Positions 1 to 8,809 of a stretch of 32,000 bases of DNA are shown here, in pieces (position 1 is the stretch's first letter; the number at the start of each line of letters is the position of its first letter). The notes beneath the pieces are model-generated. The model did no database searches. It was not told the origin of the DNA and was given only the letters and a program-made list of their open reading frames with translations. A program made the translations under genes and the position numbers. This DNA is from an uncultured archaeon. GTDB lineage: Archaea > Asgardarchaeota > Thorarchaeia > Thorarchaeales > Thorarchaeaceae. The stretch is from NCBI GenBank assembly GCA_964648855.1, contig CAZYLT010000008.1, positions 60,001 through 92,000 of the forward strand. Direction: 5' to 3'.

Positions 1-1
1 T

Positions 2-1072
2 GTGGAAGAAGTCATTGTAGCAGACATAGACATGGCGCGAGCTCAAACAGTTGCAGATTTTGTTGGGGGCAAGGCCACCGCGAAGAAGGTTGATGCCACC
101 CAGAAGGATGATCTCAAACCCTTGTTCAATGATGCGGATGCAGTAGCGAGTTGCGTCAGCTACACTGTAAATCTGATGCATACCGAACTGGCAATCGAAA
201 CTGGAACCCATATGTGCGATTTGGGTGGCAACTTCAGAGTTGTAAAGAAACAGTTGGAGCTCGACTCCCAAGCACGCGATGCAGATGTGACAGTTATTCC
301 GGATTGTGGGTTGGCACCCGGAATGGCCAATGTTCTTGCTAGAGCGGGAGTGGACTATCTAGATAGTACCGATAGCATCCACATTAGAGTCGGCGGTCTT
401 CAGCAAGAGCCAAGACCTCCACTAAATTACTCGCTTATTTTCTCTGTTGAGGGTTTGATCAATGAATATGTAGAACCCTGCATGGTTTTGAGAGATGGAA
501 AGATAGAATATGAAAAGCCTCTGGTAGGATTTGAACAGATAGAATTCCCTGACCCTTTTGGCGTTTTGGAGGCATTCAATACCAGCGGAGGAACCTCTAC
601 ACTTCCTCTCACCTATGAAGAGAAGGTAAATGATCTCGATTACAAGACAATTCGTTACCCAGGTCACGGTCACAAAGTGTGGACCCTGATGAAATTAGGA
701 TTAATGGAAAGCGAAGAGATGGACTTTGACGGAGTGAAGATTGCTCCTAGAAGAGTGTTGGAGAAACTCCTCGAAGAAAAACTTCCTGAAACAGGAAAAG
801 ATGTGACGCTTCTCCGCATTTCTGTAGAGGGCTGGAAGAGTACTGAATCTAGGATAGTAGAGTATGAATTGATTGACTACTTTGATAATGATACGGGCCT
901 AACATCGATGATGCGTACTACGGCTTTCCCCGCTTCTGTGGCAACAATGATGATGGCAGATGGCACTATTGCTGAATACGGCGTATTGCCGCCTGAAAGC
1001 GCAATACCTCCGGATGAGTTCATCCAAGAAATGCAAAATAGAGGGCTAGATATTCAGAAACGCATTCGTTAG
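2..1072 (+). CDS. Lysine 6-dehydrogenase / saccharopine dehydrogenase family oxidoreductase, 5'-truncated by the window edge
   Basis: Family motifs VADID, DLGG, DCGLAPG, FSVEGLINEY, EAFNTSGGTSTL, YKTIRYPGH and MMRTTAFPA are present. The N-terminal GxGxxG is missing, so the gene starts before base 1. Confidence 0.85.
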   Translation: MEEVIVADIDMARAQTVADFVGGKATAKKVDATQKDDLKPLFNDADAVASCVSYTVNLMHTELAIETGTHMCDLGGNFRVVKKQLELDSQARDADVTVIPDCGLAPGMANVLARAGVDYLDSTDSIHIRVGGLQQEPRPPLNYSLIFSVEGLINEYVEPCMVLRDGKIEYEKPLVGFEQIEFPDPFGVLEAFNTSGGTSTLPLTYEEKVNDLDYKTIRYPGHGHKVWTLMKLGLMESEEMDFDGVKIAPRRVLEKLLEEKLPETGKDVTLLRISVEGWKSTESRIVEYELIDYFDNDTGLTSMMRTTAFPASVATMMMADGTIAEYGVLPPESAIPPDEFIQEMQNRGLDIQKRIR

Positions 1073-1107
1073 CATCGTGAATATAGGACTGCATATAGCT
1101 CTTTGAG

Positions 1108-2343
1108 ATGAAATCAGACATGACGGATTATAGCAAGATATACGAAAAGATCATCAATGCACGCGAGCTGTTACAGGATATTGCCCACAACACTCGTTTA
1201 GACCGCTCATCAACGTTCAGCCGCATGACCGGCGGCGATATTCACTTGAAATTGGAAAATCTGCAGAAGACGGGGTCTTTCAAGGTTCGTGGGGCAGCAT
1301 ATGCTATATCGCAACTGGCTGATTCCGAGAAGAAACAAGGCGTGATAGCTGCTTCTGCTGGCAACCATGCCCAAGGAGTTGCATATTCTGCTACAAAACT
1401 AGGAATAAAGTCCACCATCGTAATGCCGGTGTTCTCTTCCATAGCCAAGATCCAAGCGACAAAAGGCTATGGCGCTGATGTCATCCTTCACGGTGAGTCA
1501 TTTGATGATGCTTTGCAGTTCGCGCTAGAGGAAGCAGAGCGTAGTGGAGCCACCTTTATTCATCCTTTCAATGATGAAAACATAATTGTGGGCCAAGGCA
1601 CAGTCGGACTTGAAATTCTAGACGAGCTTCCAGATGTAGAGGTAGTAGCAGTCCCTGTCGGTGGTGGCGGACTGGTGAGCGGAATCGCCATAGCAATCAA
1701 GGAAAAAAATCCTGATGTCGAAATATACGGCGTTGAAGCAAGTTCTGCAGCCTCAATGAAGAAATCATTGAAGTCAGGAAAAATAAAGACTGTCACTGGG
1801 CTTGACACAGTCTGTGATGGCATTGCGGTAAAGACTGTGGGGGACCTAACCCTTAGCATAGCTGATGATTTGCTCACTGATTCGGTTGTAGTGGATGATC
1901 TTCAAGTCACCCGAACTCTGTTCCTCCTTCTTGAGCGAGCCAAGATTGTTGTGGAACCAGCAGGCTGTGTTGGGTTGACCGCATTCCAGTATGGGGCTGT
2001 CGATATTGAGGGTAAGAAGGCTGTTGCTGTATTGTCTGGCGGGAACATCGACATGCCATTTATGTCACGTGTTATCGACAAGGAGCTATATAGGTTGAAG
2101 AGGGCTATCCGCCTGCGGGGCGTGATTCTCGATAGAGTGGGTGTTCTGAATCATATCCTGGAGGTTGTCGCAAATTCGGGAGTAAGTGTTATTGACATCG
2201 AGCATGATCGGAGTGATCCCGATATTATGCCCAACAAAACCGAGCTGATTCTAACTCTGCAGGTTCCTGAGGAAAATGCGGTCACGAAACTTCTGAATGG
2301 GCTGAAAGCAAGAGGATTCGATATGCAGCTATACGAAGATTAG
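1108..2343 (+). CDS. ilvA: Threonine ammonia-lyase (threonine dehydratase) with a single C-terminal ACT domain
   Basis: LKLENLQKTGSFKVRGA (PLP lysine), ASAGNHAQGVA, PVGGGGL, VVEPAG, LSGGNID, and an ACT-like tail (DRVGVL...IDIEHDR). The start could be ATG 1120. Confidence 0.93.
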   Translation: MKSDMTDYSKIYEKIINARELLQDIAHNTRLDRSSTFSRMTGGDIHLKLENLQKTGSFKVRGAAYAISQLADSEKKQGVIAASAGNHAQGVAYSATKLGIKSTIVMPVFSSIAKIQATKGYGADVILHGESFDDALQFALEEAERSGATFIHPFNDENIIVGQGTVGLEILDELPDVEVVAVPVGGGGLVSGIAIAIKEKNPDVEIYGVEASSAASMKKSLKSGKIKTVTGLDTVCDGIAVKTVGDLTLSIADDLLTDSVVVDDLQVTRTLFLLLERAKIVVEPAGCVGLTAFQYGAVDIEGKKAVAVLSGGNIDMPFMSRVIDKELYRLKRAIRLRGVILDRVGVLNHILEVVANSGVSVIDIEHDRSDPDIMPNKTELILTLQVPEENAVTKLLNGLKARGFDMQLYED

Positions 2344-2352
2344 CAGCTGATG

Positions 2353-4101
2353 TCATATGAGTGGGATACTAGATACTGCAACCCACGCCCAAATGAATGC
2401 GCTAAGAATTATCGCAGGCCATGGATTCTGAAATTCTAATGATGATAGGGCAATCAATATCGTTGTAAGAACTGAAACTATGAAAAAGAGCATCAATAGA
2501 AGACCCATCAAAACCATAGACCCTGCAATGAATCCCAAAGCAGTAGATCCAAAGACCAGGACGACTGATAGTACGCCAACAGTGGAAAGCCGTGCAACTA
2601 GAGACAAAACTAGGCTCCTTGAAAAACTCTGACCATTCCAGTTTCGACTTGACAAGAGAAGGCCACGTATCCATGCGCTATCGGATACATAGAAGGGAAT
2701 TGAGAACATCATTATGATGACGATGTTAGCAGTCCTAAGACCAACTGGGTATCGTATCATAGAAAAGGTGGTCCATGGCTCCATTTGCTCGGGGATCCCA
2801 CCAAGGGAGATCCACCCCAATAGCCATACTATGCACACTCCTGCAGGGATGAATGCTCTTGCAATTCTCTTGAATATGAGCTTTGGTGCATCCAACTCAA
2901 GTCCAGCAGCCCTATAGGCTTCGAGAGTGTCTTTGATTCCGATGCTGGTCCACAGTACTGCGACAAGTGCTAAGCTGAAGAGAATAAGGAACAATACCAA
3001 ACCAGTAGCAAACATAGAATTCACAAAATGTAGGTGAGCAGCTTCAAGATGAAAGGTGATGGACGATGTTGCTCCAAACGTAACCACAAGTATGCTTCCC
3101 AAGAGAATACTTAACCCAATGGCTTTCCTTAATGGTTGGCTACTGACTTCGTTGCCGAACCGTTCCGGCTTCAATCTGTTAGGTAGGATTGAGCCAATAA
3201 TCATGAGCAGTGGTATCGTGGATGCAAGTAAAGAGAAGGCACCTGTTCCCATGGCGATGATTTTGTAGATGTAGACTTGCTGTAATGGCTCTAGGGTCTT
3301 TTCAAGTTGGTCCTGACCTTGTACTGCCTGAATAAGCCACTTCGTTGTTTCACTCACAATGGTGGCATCAATCGCTTCAAAAACATGGTCAGTTGGAGCC
3401 AGTGCCAGGCGATATGCGGTTTGATCTTCAATCGACCCATAGGTGGTTTCTGGAACTACCGATTCGTTACCTGTAGCCTCGCGGATAGTATCCAAAGCCA
3501 TATCTACGGATATTAGTTCATCATATTCTCCAATGGCTATGAGAGTGTTTCCAGGAATATCCTCGATAACACCCAGGCCCATATCAGAAACCGCACCAAC
3601 AGCAGCATAGCCTATAGGTGGATTATCGAAGTACTGCATTTGCGCAGCAACTTGAAATCCTAGCGAATGTGTGAGAACACCGTATGCAGTGCTATTCACT
3701 TCTGGTCTCTTCTGAATCTCCTGTACGGCAGCATAGCAGTCTTGTGCCATCTCAAGAAAATCGGTGACTTCAAAGGACAGCATGGAATCTCCATGTCCAG
3801 GCAAATCGACTGACACAACAGTGAAGTTTCTTCTCGCTAGTTCGATATTGAATGAGTACATTCCCTCCTTGCTACCAGCAATCCCATGAGTCGTCATGAT
3901 TATTGGGAGGGGCTTGTCATAATTGGAGCTCCGCGGAGAATAAACCATAAAATCGACTACTCGGTCTCCATCCCTCTCTATTGACAATCTCTCTATCTGA
4001 AGCTCGCCGAGACCTCTGTTTGCGGTCCAAGATAGGTAAAGAGAGGACGCTATCATAATTGAGAAAATGAAAAGAGCAGAGTAGTGTAGTTTTTTATTCA
4101 A
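2353..4101 (-). CDS. Membrane-bound alpha/beta-fold hydrolase: N-terminal TM, hydrolase domain, multi-pass C-terminal membrane domain
   Basis: HGIAG oxyanion loop, VDLPGHGDS, THSLG nucleophile elbow, GEYDELI (Asp) and TDHVFE (His), followed by roughly 8 hydrophobic segments. Start placed at TTG 4101 behind a GGTGG RBS-like site; the ORF track extends it to 4197. Confidence 0.8.
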   Translation of the reverse strand: MNKKLHYSALFIFSIMIASSLYLSWTANRGLGELQIERLSIERDGDRVVDFMVYSPRSSNYDKPLPIIMTTHGIAGSKEGMYSFNIELARRNFTVVSVDLPGHGDSMLSFEVTDFLEMAQDCYAAVQEIQKRPEVNSTAYGVLTHSLGFQVAAQMQYFDNPPIGYAAVGAVSDMGLGVIEDIPGNTLIAIGEYDELISVDMALDTIREATGNESVVPETTYGSIEDQTAYRLALAPTDHVFEAIDATIVSETTKWLIQAVQGQDQLEKTLEPLQQVYIYKIIAMGTGAFSLLASTIPLLMIIGSILPNRLKPERFGNEVSSQPLRKAIGLSILLGSILVVTFGATSSITFHLEAAHLHFVNSMFATGLVLFLILFSLALVAVLWTSIGIKDTLEAYRAAGLELDAPKLIFKRIARAFIPAGVCIVWLLGWISLGGIPEQMEPWTTFSMIRYPVGLRTANIVIIMMFSIPFYVSDSAWIRGLLLSSRNWNGQSFSRSLVLSLVARLSTVGVLSVVLVFGSTALGFIAGSMVLMGLLLMLFFIVSVLTTILIALSSLEFQNPWPAIILSAFIWAWVAVSSIPLI

Positions 4102-4252
4102 TAGCCCGTGCCACCAGTTAAAAGCTCCCATTCTGATGGGAAAATAAACCAATCGGTATATCAGCAGAAGGAACTTGTTCTCTCTAAAGACATGCAAACG
4201 ATGAGAGTTCTTCTATTCACGATGCGGTCTTCAATTTGATGATAATGCTGCG

Positions 4253-5209
4253 CTAGTAGTCGATATCGAGTTTGGTGGAGAGTTTTTCCAGCATATCCTT
4301 AGTCATGGATTCAAGATTGAATTCTGGTTCCCAACCCCACTCACTCCGAGCTTCGCTATCATCAATAGACTTCGGCCATGAATCTGCAATGTCTTGTCGG
4401 TAGTCGGGTTCGTACTGAATCTCAAACTCAGGGATGTGCTTCTTTATTTCGTTTGCAATGTCCTCGGGAGTGAACGACATTGCCGTGATATTGAAGGACC
4501 TGTGTTCGAGGTCCTCTTCTTTTGCTTCCATCAAGTCAATAGTGCATTTGATACAATCAGGCATGTACATCATCGGGAGCATCGAGTCCTTTCGTAGGAA
4601 ACATGTATACTTCTTGTTTTTCAAGGCTTCATAGAATATCTCGACAGCGTAATCGGTTGTACCTCCGCCGGGCATCGTTTCTGAACTGATTATACCGGGA
4701 TATCGAAGACTACGAAAGTCTATGCTAAACCTCTTAGTGTAATATTCTCCCAACAGCTCGATAGTGACTTTGGAAACTCCATACATACTCGTAGGTCTCA
4801 TGATTGTGTCGTTAGGGGTGTTATCCCTGGGGGTGCTTGGCCCAAAGACTGCAATGGAGCTCGGAATCTGCACTTGCTCTAAATTCAAGGCTCTTGTTGC
4901 TTCGAGAACATTGAAACTTCCTTCGATATTAGTGCGGTATGCAAGCTGGGGATTCTTTTCGCCGGTGGCCGAGAGGACACTAGCGTTATGAATAACGACA
5001 TCTACATCCAATTCAACTAGTAGCGTATGTAATTGAGTTTCGTCAAGAACATCAAGACGATGATATGGTCCGCCTTCGGTCAGAATTTTCGGGGGTTTTT
5101 TCCTACCTGTGGCAATCACATTCTCTCCGCTATACCGATTCCTAAGCTCTTCAACAAGCTCGGTACCGATTTGACCATAACTACCAGTCACAAGGATTCG
5201 TTTTGCCAT
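4253..5209 (-). CDS. tdh: L-threonine 3-dehydrogenase of the extended SDR (GalE-like) type
   Basis: ILVTGSYGQIG Rossmann motif, PSSIAVFG, YGVSK (YxxxK), plus RYPGIIS, PGGGTTDYAVEIF, LPMMYMPDC and IADSWP, which are typical of SDR-type TDH. Start placed at ATG 5209. Confidence 0.88.
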   Translation of the reverse strand: MAKRILVTGSYGQIGTELVEELRNRYSGENVIATGRKKPPKILTEGGPYHRLDVLDETQLHTLLVELDVDVVIHNASVLSATGEKNPQLAYRTNIEGSFNVLEATRALNLEQVQIPSSIAVFGPSTPRDNTPNDTIMRPTSMYGVSKVTIELLGEYYTKRFSIDFRSLRYPGIISSETMPGGGTTDYAVEIFYEALKNKKYTCFLRKDSMLPMMYMPDCIKCTIDLMEAKEEDLEHRSFNITAMSFTPEDIANEIKKHIPEFEIQYEPDYRQDIADSWPKSIDDSEARSEWGWEPEFNLESMTKDMLEKLSTKLDIDY

Positions 5210-5320
5210 AGTCCAACACTGTCCCTGAGCCAATTTTACTTCGTTAAAAGAGTTGCCTTGTACTTTGGCGTTGAAGAATTCCCCTTAGTTGGCTTTAACA
5301 ATTTCTGAAATATCAGCAAC

Positions 5321-5359
5321 AAAAAAAGAAGTGAAGGATACCGAAATGAACTCGGTATC
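5321..5359 (-). terminator. Hairpin plus pyrimidine/U-tract downstream of ppdK
   Basis: Perfect 8-bp stem GATACCGA (5337-5344) / TCGGTATC (5352-5359) with a 7-nt loop, 9 nt after the ppdK stop. On the minus strand it is followed by CTTCACTTCTTTTTTT. Confidence 0.6.
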
Positions 5360-5368
5360 TGATTTCTT

Positions 5369-8119
5369 CTACGGCTCTTCACCGCGGGATTCTCTGATTG
5401 CCGCTTGGGCTGCAGCAAGTCTTGCAATGGGGAGTCGATAGGGTGAGGCTGATACATAGTCAAGCCCAATCTCATGGAAGAATCCAACAGAACGGGCGTC
5501 ACCTGCATGTTCGCCGCAAATTCCGATTTTGAGATTAGGTCGGGTCTTCTTCCCTCTCTCAATGGCAATCTCCATGAGCTGTCCTATTCCTCGCTTATCG
5601 ATGCTCTGGAAGGGATCATTCCTCAGGATGTGATTTTCTAGGTAATAAGGTAGGAATGAATCAATGTCATCTCTGCTAAAGCCGAAGCCAAATTGAGACA
5701 GGTCATTGGTTCCAAAGGAGAAGAACTCAGCTGTTTCTGCCATGTCTCCAGCCCTCATGCAGGCACGCGGAATTTCTATCATTGCACCAAGTATGAACTC
5801 GACATCTTTGCCCGTTTCTCTTTTGAATTTCTCGAATTCCTCTTCAATGGTCATGCTCATCGATTTGAGCTCTGCAGAGCCTGTTGTGACAGGAATCATT
5901 ATCTCGAGGTTGACGTCAATCCCATCATCCTGTAGGTCTGCAGCTGCCTCCCATATTGCCTTTACTTGCATAATGTAGACTTCGGGGTTAGTTATTCCGA
6001 GCCTCACTCCACGGTGTCCCATCATAGGATTATTCTCTGAGAGATTTTCGCCTCGTCGACGAACTTCCTCAACACTGATACCTAGCGCATTAGCGAGTTT
6101 TTCTTGTCCGATTTTGCTCTGTGGGATGAATTCATGGAGCGGTGGGTCTAGAAGCCTGATTGTGACCGGTTTCCCCTTCATAATTTTGAGGGTGGTTTCA
6201 ACATCTTCTCTGACGTATGGCTTAAGCTCCTCGAGCGCGCTTTCACGTTCTGTCTTAGTTGCACTGAGAATTACCTTCCGAAGAAGGAACAGTGGCTTGT
6301 CTGAGCCTTCCCCGTAAAACATATGTTCTGTTCTAAAGAGACCAATACCTTCAGCACCAAATTCCAGTGCTTGTCTGGCGTCCTTCGGCGTTTCTGCGTT
6401 TGCACGTACTCCTAATCGACGGTACTTGTCAATCAAATCCATGAATTCCTGCAGACGCGGGTTCTTAGTAGAATCCATCATTGGCAATTGACCCTCATAG
6501 ACGAGACCCTGAGTACCATTGAGAGTCAGAACTTCGCCTTCCTCGTAGACCTTGTCATCTACAGTCATCTGTTTTCGGAATGGGTCAACCTCAAGAGCTG
6601 AGGCACCTACGATGCAACACTTGCCCCAGCCGCGGGTGACCAAAGCGGCATGACTTGTCATTCCACCTCGTGCCGTGAGCACAGCGTTTGCAGCTCGCAT
6701 TCCTTCTATGTCTTCAGGGCTTGTTTCTTCGCGAACAAGAATTATGTTCTTTCCCTCGCTTGCTAACTTGACTGCATCTTCAGAAGTGAATACAATCTGA
6801 CCGGATGCGCCTCCCGGACCAGCCGGAAGCCCCTTTGCGATAGGGGTTGCTTTCTCTTCGGCCTCTGGGTCCAAAATCGGGTAAAGAAGCTGACCAAGCT
6901 GATCAGGAGCCACTCGCATAACTGTTTCTTGCTCATCAATTAAGTCTGCGTTAAGCATATCTAAAGCAATATTGAGAGCGGCTGTGGCTGTTCTTTTACC
7001 AACTCTGTATTGCAGAAGATAGAGTTTGCCCTGCTCAATGGTGAACTCTATATCTAGCATGTCCTTTATTTCGGATTCCAGTTTTTCTCTTATTTCTTTA
7101 AGTTCTTTATAAGCTTGGGGCATAGTTTCTTGTAGAGTACTGAGATGCGAATTTCCTTCGTTCTTGCTCTCTTCATTCATTGGATGTGGAGTTCGAGTGC
7201 CAGCAACAACATCCTCGCCTTGTGCATTGAAGAGGAATTCGCCATAGTACTTGTTTTCTCCAGTCGCTGGATCTCTAGTGAAGGCAACTCCTGTGGCGGA
7301 GTTATCTCCCATGTTTCCGAATACGACTGCTTGCACTGTACAAGCAGTTCCCCACTTATCCGGAATGCCTTCGATTCGCCGATAGGATACTGCTCTGGCT
7401 CCTCCCCAGCTCTTGAATACAGCTGCTATTGCTCCCCACAATTGTTCCATAGGGTCATCGGGGAATTCTCGACCTAGGGTTTCTTCGACACGCAGTTTGT
7501 ATTCGTCACAAAGTTCCTTCAGGTCCTCAACAGTGAGTTGTGTATCATTCACGTATCCCTTCTCTCTCTTTCTCTTTTGCAGAATCCATTCAAGCTGCTG
7601 TCGAATTCCCTTCCCATCCTCGGGCTTTTCTCCCTCAGCTTTCTCCATAACCACATCACTATACATTGTGATAAGCCTGCGATATGTATCATAGACGAAT
7701 CGTTCATTGCCTGTGGTTTCAATCAAACCTGGAATTGTTTTCGTGGTAAGCCCGACATTGAGAACTGTTTCCATCATACCGGGCATACTTTGTCGAGCGC
7801 CTGACCTTGCGGAAACCAGAAGGGGGTTTTCTGGGTCCCCAAATCCTTTGCCCATCAAATCTTCCATCCACTCTAACGCTTCATGTATCTCTTTGCGAAT
7901 CTTCTCTGGAAAGCCCTCAGTCTTCAGATACAGATTGCAGACATCTGTGGAAATAGTAAATCCTGGTGGAACAGGTAGCCCCATAAGAGTCGCTCCAGCG
8001 AGGGCTGCGCCCTTACCGCCGAGCGTGTTCTTTTCTTTAGGGTCTCCGTCTGCCTCACCGTCGCCAAATTTGTAAACGTGTTTGCCTGAAATATCTATTT
8101 TATCATCATTGTCAACCAT
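5369..8119 (-). CDS. ppdK: Pyruvate, phosphate dikinase
   Basis: LGGKGA, PVPPGFTIST, RSGARQSMPGMMETVLN, NAQGEDVVAG, GGMTSHAA (phospho-His), GIGLFRTEHMF, NPMMGHRG, FFSFGTNDL and GICGEH; 916 aa. Confidence 0.97.
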   Translation of the reverse strand: MVDNDDKIDISGKHVYKFGDGEADGDPKEKNTLGGKGAALAGATLMGLPVPPGFTISTDVCNLYLKTEGFPEKIRKEIHEALEWMEDLMGKGFGDPENPLLVSARSGARQSMPGMMETVLNVGLTTKTIPGLIETTGNERFVYDTYRRLITMYSDVVMEKAEGEKPEDGKGIRQQLEWILQKRKREKGYVNDTQLTVEDLKELCDEYKLRVEETLGREFPDDPMEQLWGAIAAVFKSWGGARAVSYRRIEGIPDKWGTACTVQAVVFGNMGDNSATGVAFTRDPATGENKYYGEFLFNAQGEDVVAGTRTPHPMNEESKNEGNSHLSTLQETMPQAYKELKEIREKLESEIKDMLDIEFTIEQGKLYLLQYRVGKRTATAALNIALDMLNADLIDEQETVMRVAPDQLGQLLYPILDPEAEEKATPIAKGLPAGPGGASGQIVFTSEDAVKLASEGKNIILVREETSPEDIEGMRAANAVLTARGGMTSHAALVTRGWGKCCIVGASALEVDPFRKQMTVDDKVYEEGEVLTLNGTQGLVYEGQLPMMDSTKNPRLQEFMDLIDKYRRLGVRANAETPKDARQALEFGAEGIGLFRTEHMFYGEGSDKPLFLLRKVILSATKTERESALEELKPYVREDVETTLKIMKGKPVTIRLLDPPLHEFIPQSKIGQEKLANALGISVEEVRRRGENLSENNPMMGHRGVRLGITNPEVYIMQVKAIWEAAADLQDDGIDVNLEIMIPVTTGSAELKSMSMTIEEEFEKFKRETGKDVEFILGAMIEIPRACMRAGDMAETAEFFSFGTNDLSQFGFGFSRDDIDSFLPYYLENHILRNDPFQSIDKRGIGQLMEIAIERGKKTRPNLKIGICGEHAGDARSVGFFHEIGLDYVSASPYRLPIARLAAAQAAIRESRGEEP

Positions 8120-8311
8120 GTTCTTTCACTACCTATCGTCGTTGCTGTTCCTTATTGCATATCTGAATCTCTCTCGATTTTACGGAATTGCAATAACAGC
8201 TAAAATGTCCATTACTCTACTGGACGCTATTGTTGACTATATTGAATTGCCCCGCCCCATTTTTTAGGGTATCTATAGCACCATTAACCCAGATGGTTAT
8301 AGAAATCATTT

Positions 8312-8626
8312 TCAGTTGTCTTTGTCTTTCTCGATAACCCTCGGCTTTCCGAATGCCCCTCTACCGCTGCCAATGCCGCTTACAGGAAGCCCCCCTTTCT
8401 CTGATGTCCTTTGCGCGGGGAAGTATGACACATCGGACCCATGAGCAGCCGAGATGCCATCTGTTCCGTCTGCTGGTCTTGGTGGGGCCTTATTCAATGT
8501 TGATTCTGTCCCCCAGCCCGCGCAGGTCCTTGCGATCAACCAGATTGTGAAAATGATGGGAATAATTCTAAACAAGACAGCATACAACCATAAATAGGGA
8601 TTCAACCACCACTCCATCTGGAGCAT
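8312..8626 (-). CDS. Small hypothetical single-pass membrane protein
   Basis: ATG 8626 has GGAG upstream and a TATA-like box ~33 nt upstream. One Trp-rich hydrophobic segment is followed by a Gly/Pro/Ser-rich tail. No family recognised. Confidence 0.6.
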   Translation of the reverse strand: MLQMEWWLNPYLWLYAVLFRIIPIIFTIWLIARTCAGWGTESTLNKAPPRPADGTDGISAAHGSDVSYFPAQRTSEKGGLPVSGIGSGRGAFGKPRVIEKDKDN

Positions 8627-8658
8627 ATTCCAGTCTCCGTGAGAGTTACGCGCCAAGG

Positions 8659-8665
8659 TATATAA
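8659..8665. promoter_or_regulatory. TATA-box candidate in a divergent intergenic region
   Basis: Reads TATATAA on + and TTATATA on -. The spacing fits the minus-strand gene starting at 8626. Confidence 0.4.
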
Positions 8666-8809
8666 TCATTCCGGAAGATTATGCAATCTTGGCAATGCAG
8701 GCATTCCGAAACCCTTTTTCCTCTACATGGAACGGGTTGGAATGCAGTTATAGAATGGCTTGAACAGCACTAGCTTTTCGAGTTATAGAAACCATTTGAG
8801 GTGCTATGT

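Noticed and set aside
5236-5568. 110-aa minus-strand ORF and the other short ORFs nested in or antisense to long genes
   Set aside because: They overlap well-supported CDSs in other frames and have no recognisable motifs.
8701-8745. Resemblance of the hairpin (GAA followed by CCC/GGG) to an archaeal SECIS
   Set aside because: The opposing A is missing, and no neighbouring gene shows an in-frame UGA needing recoding.
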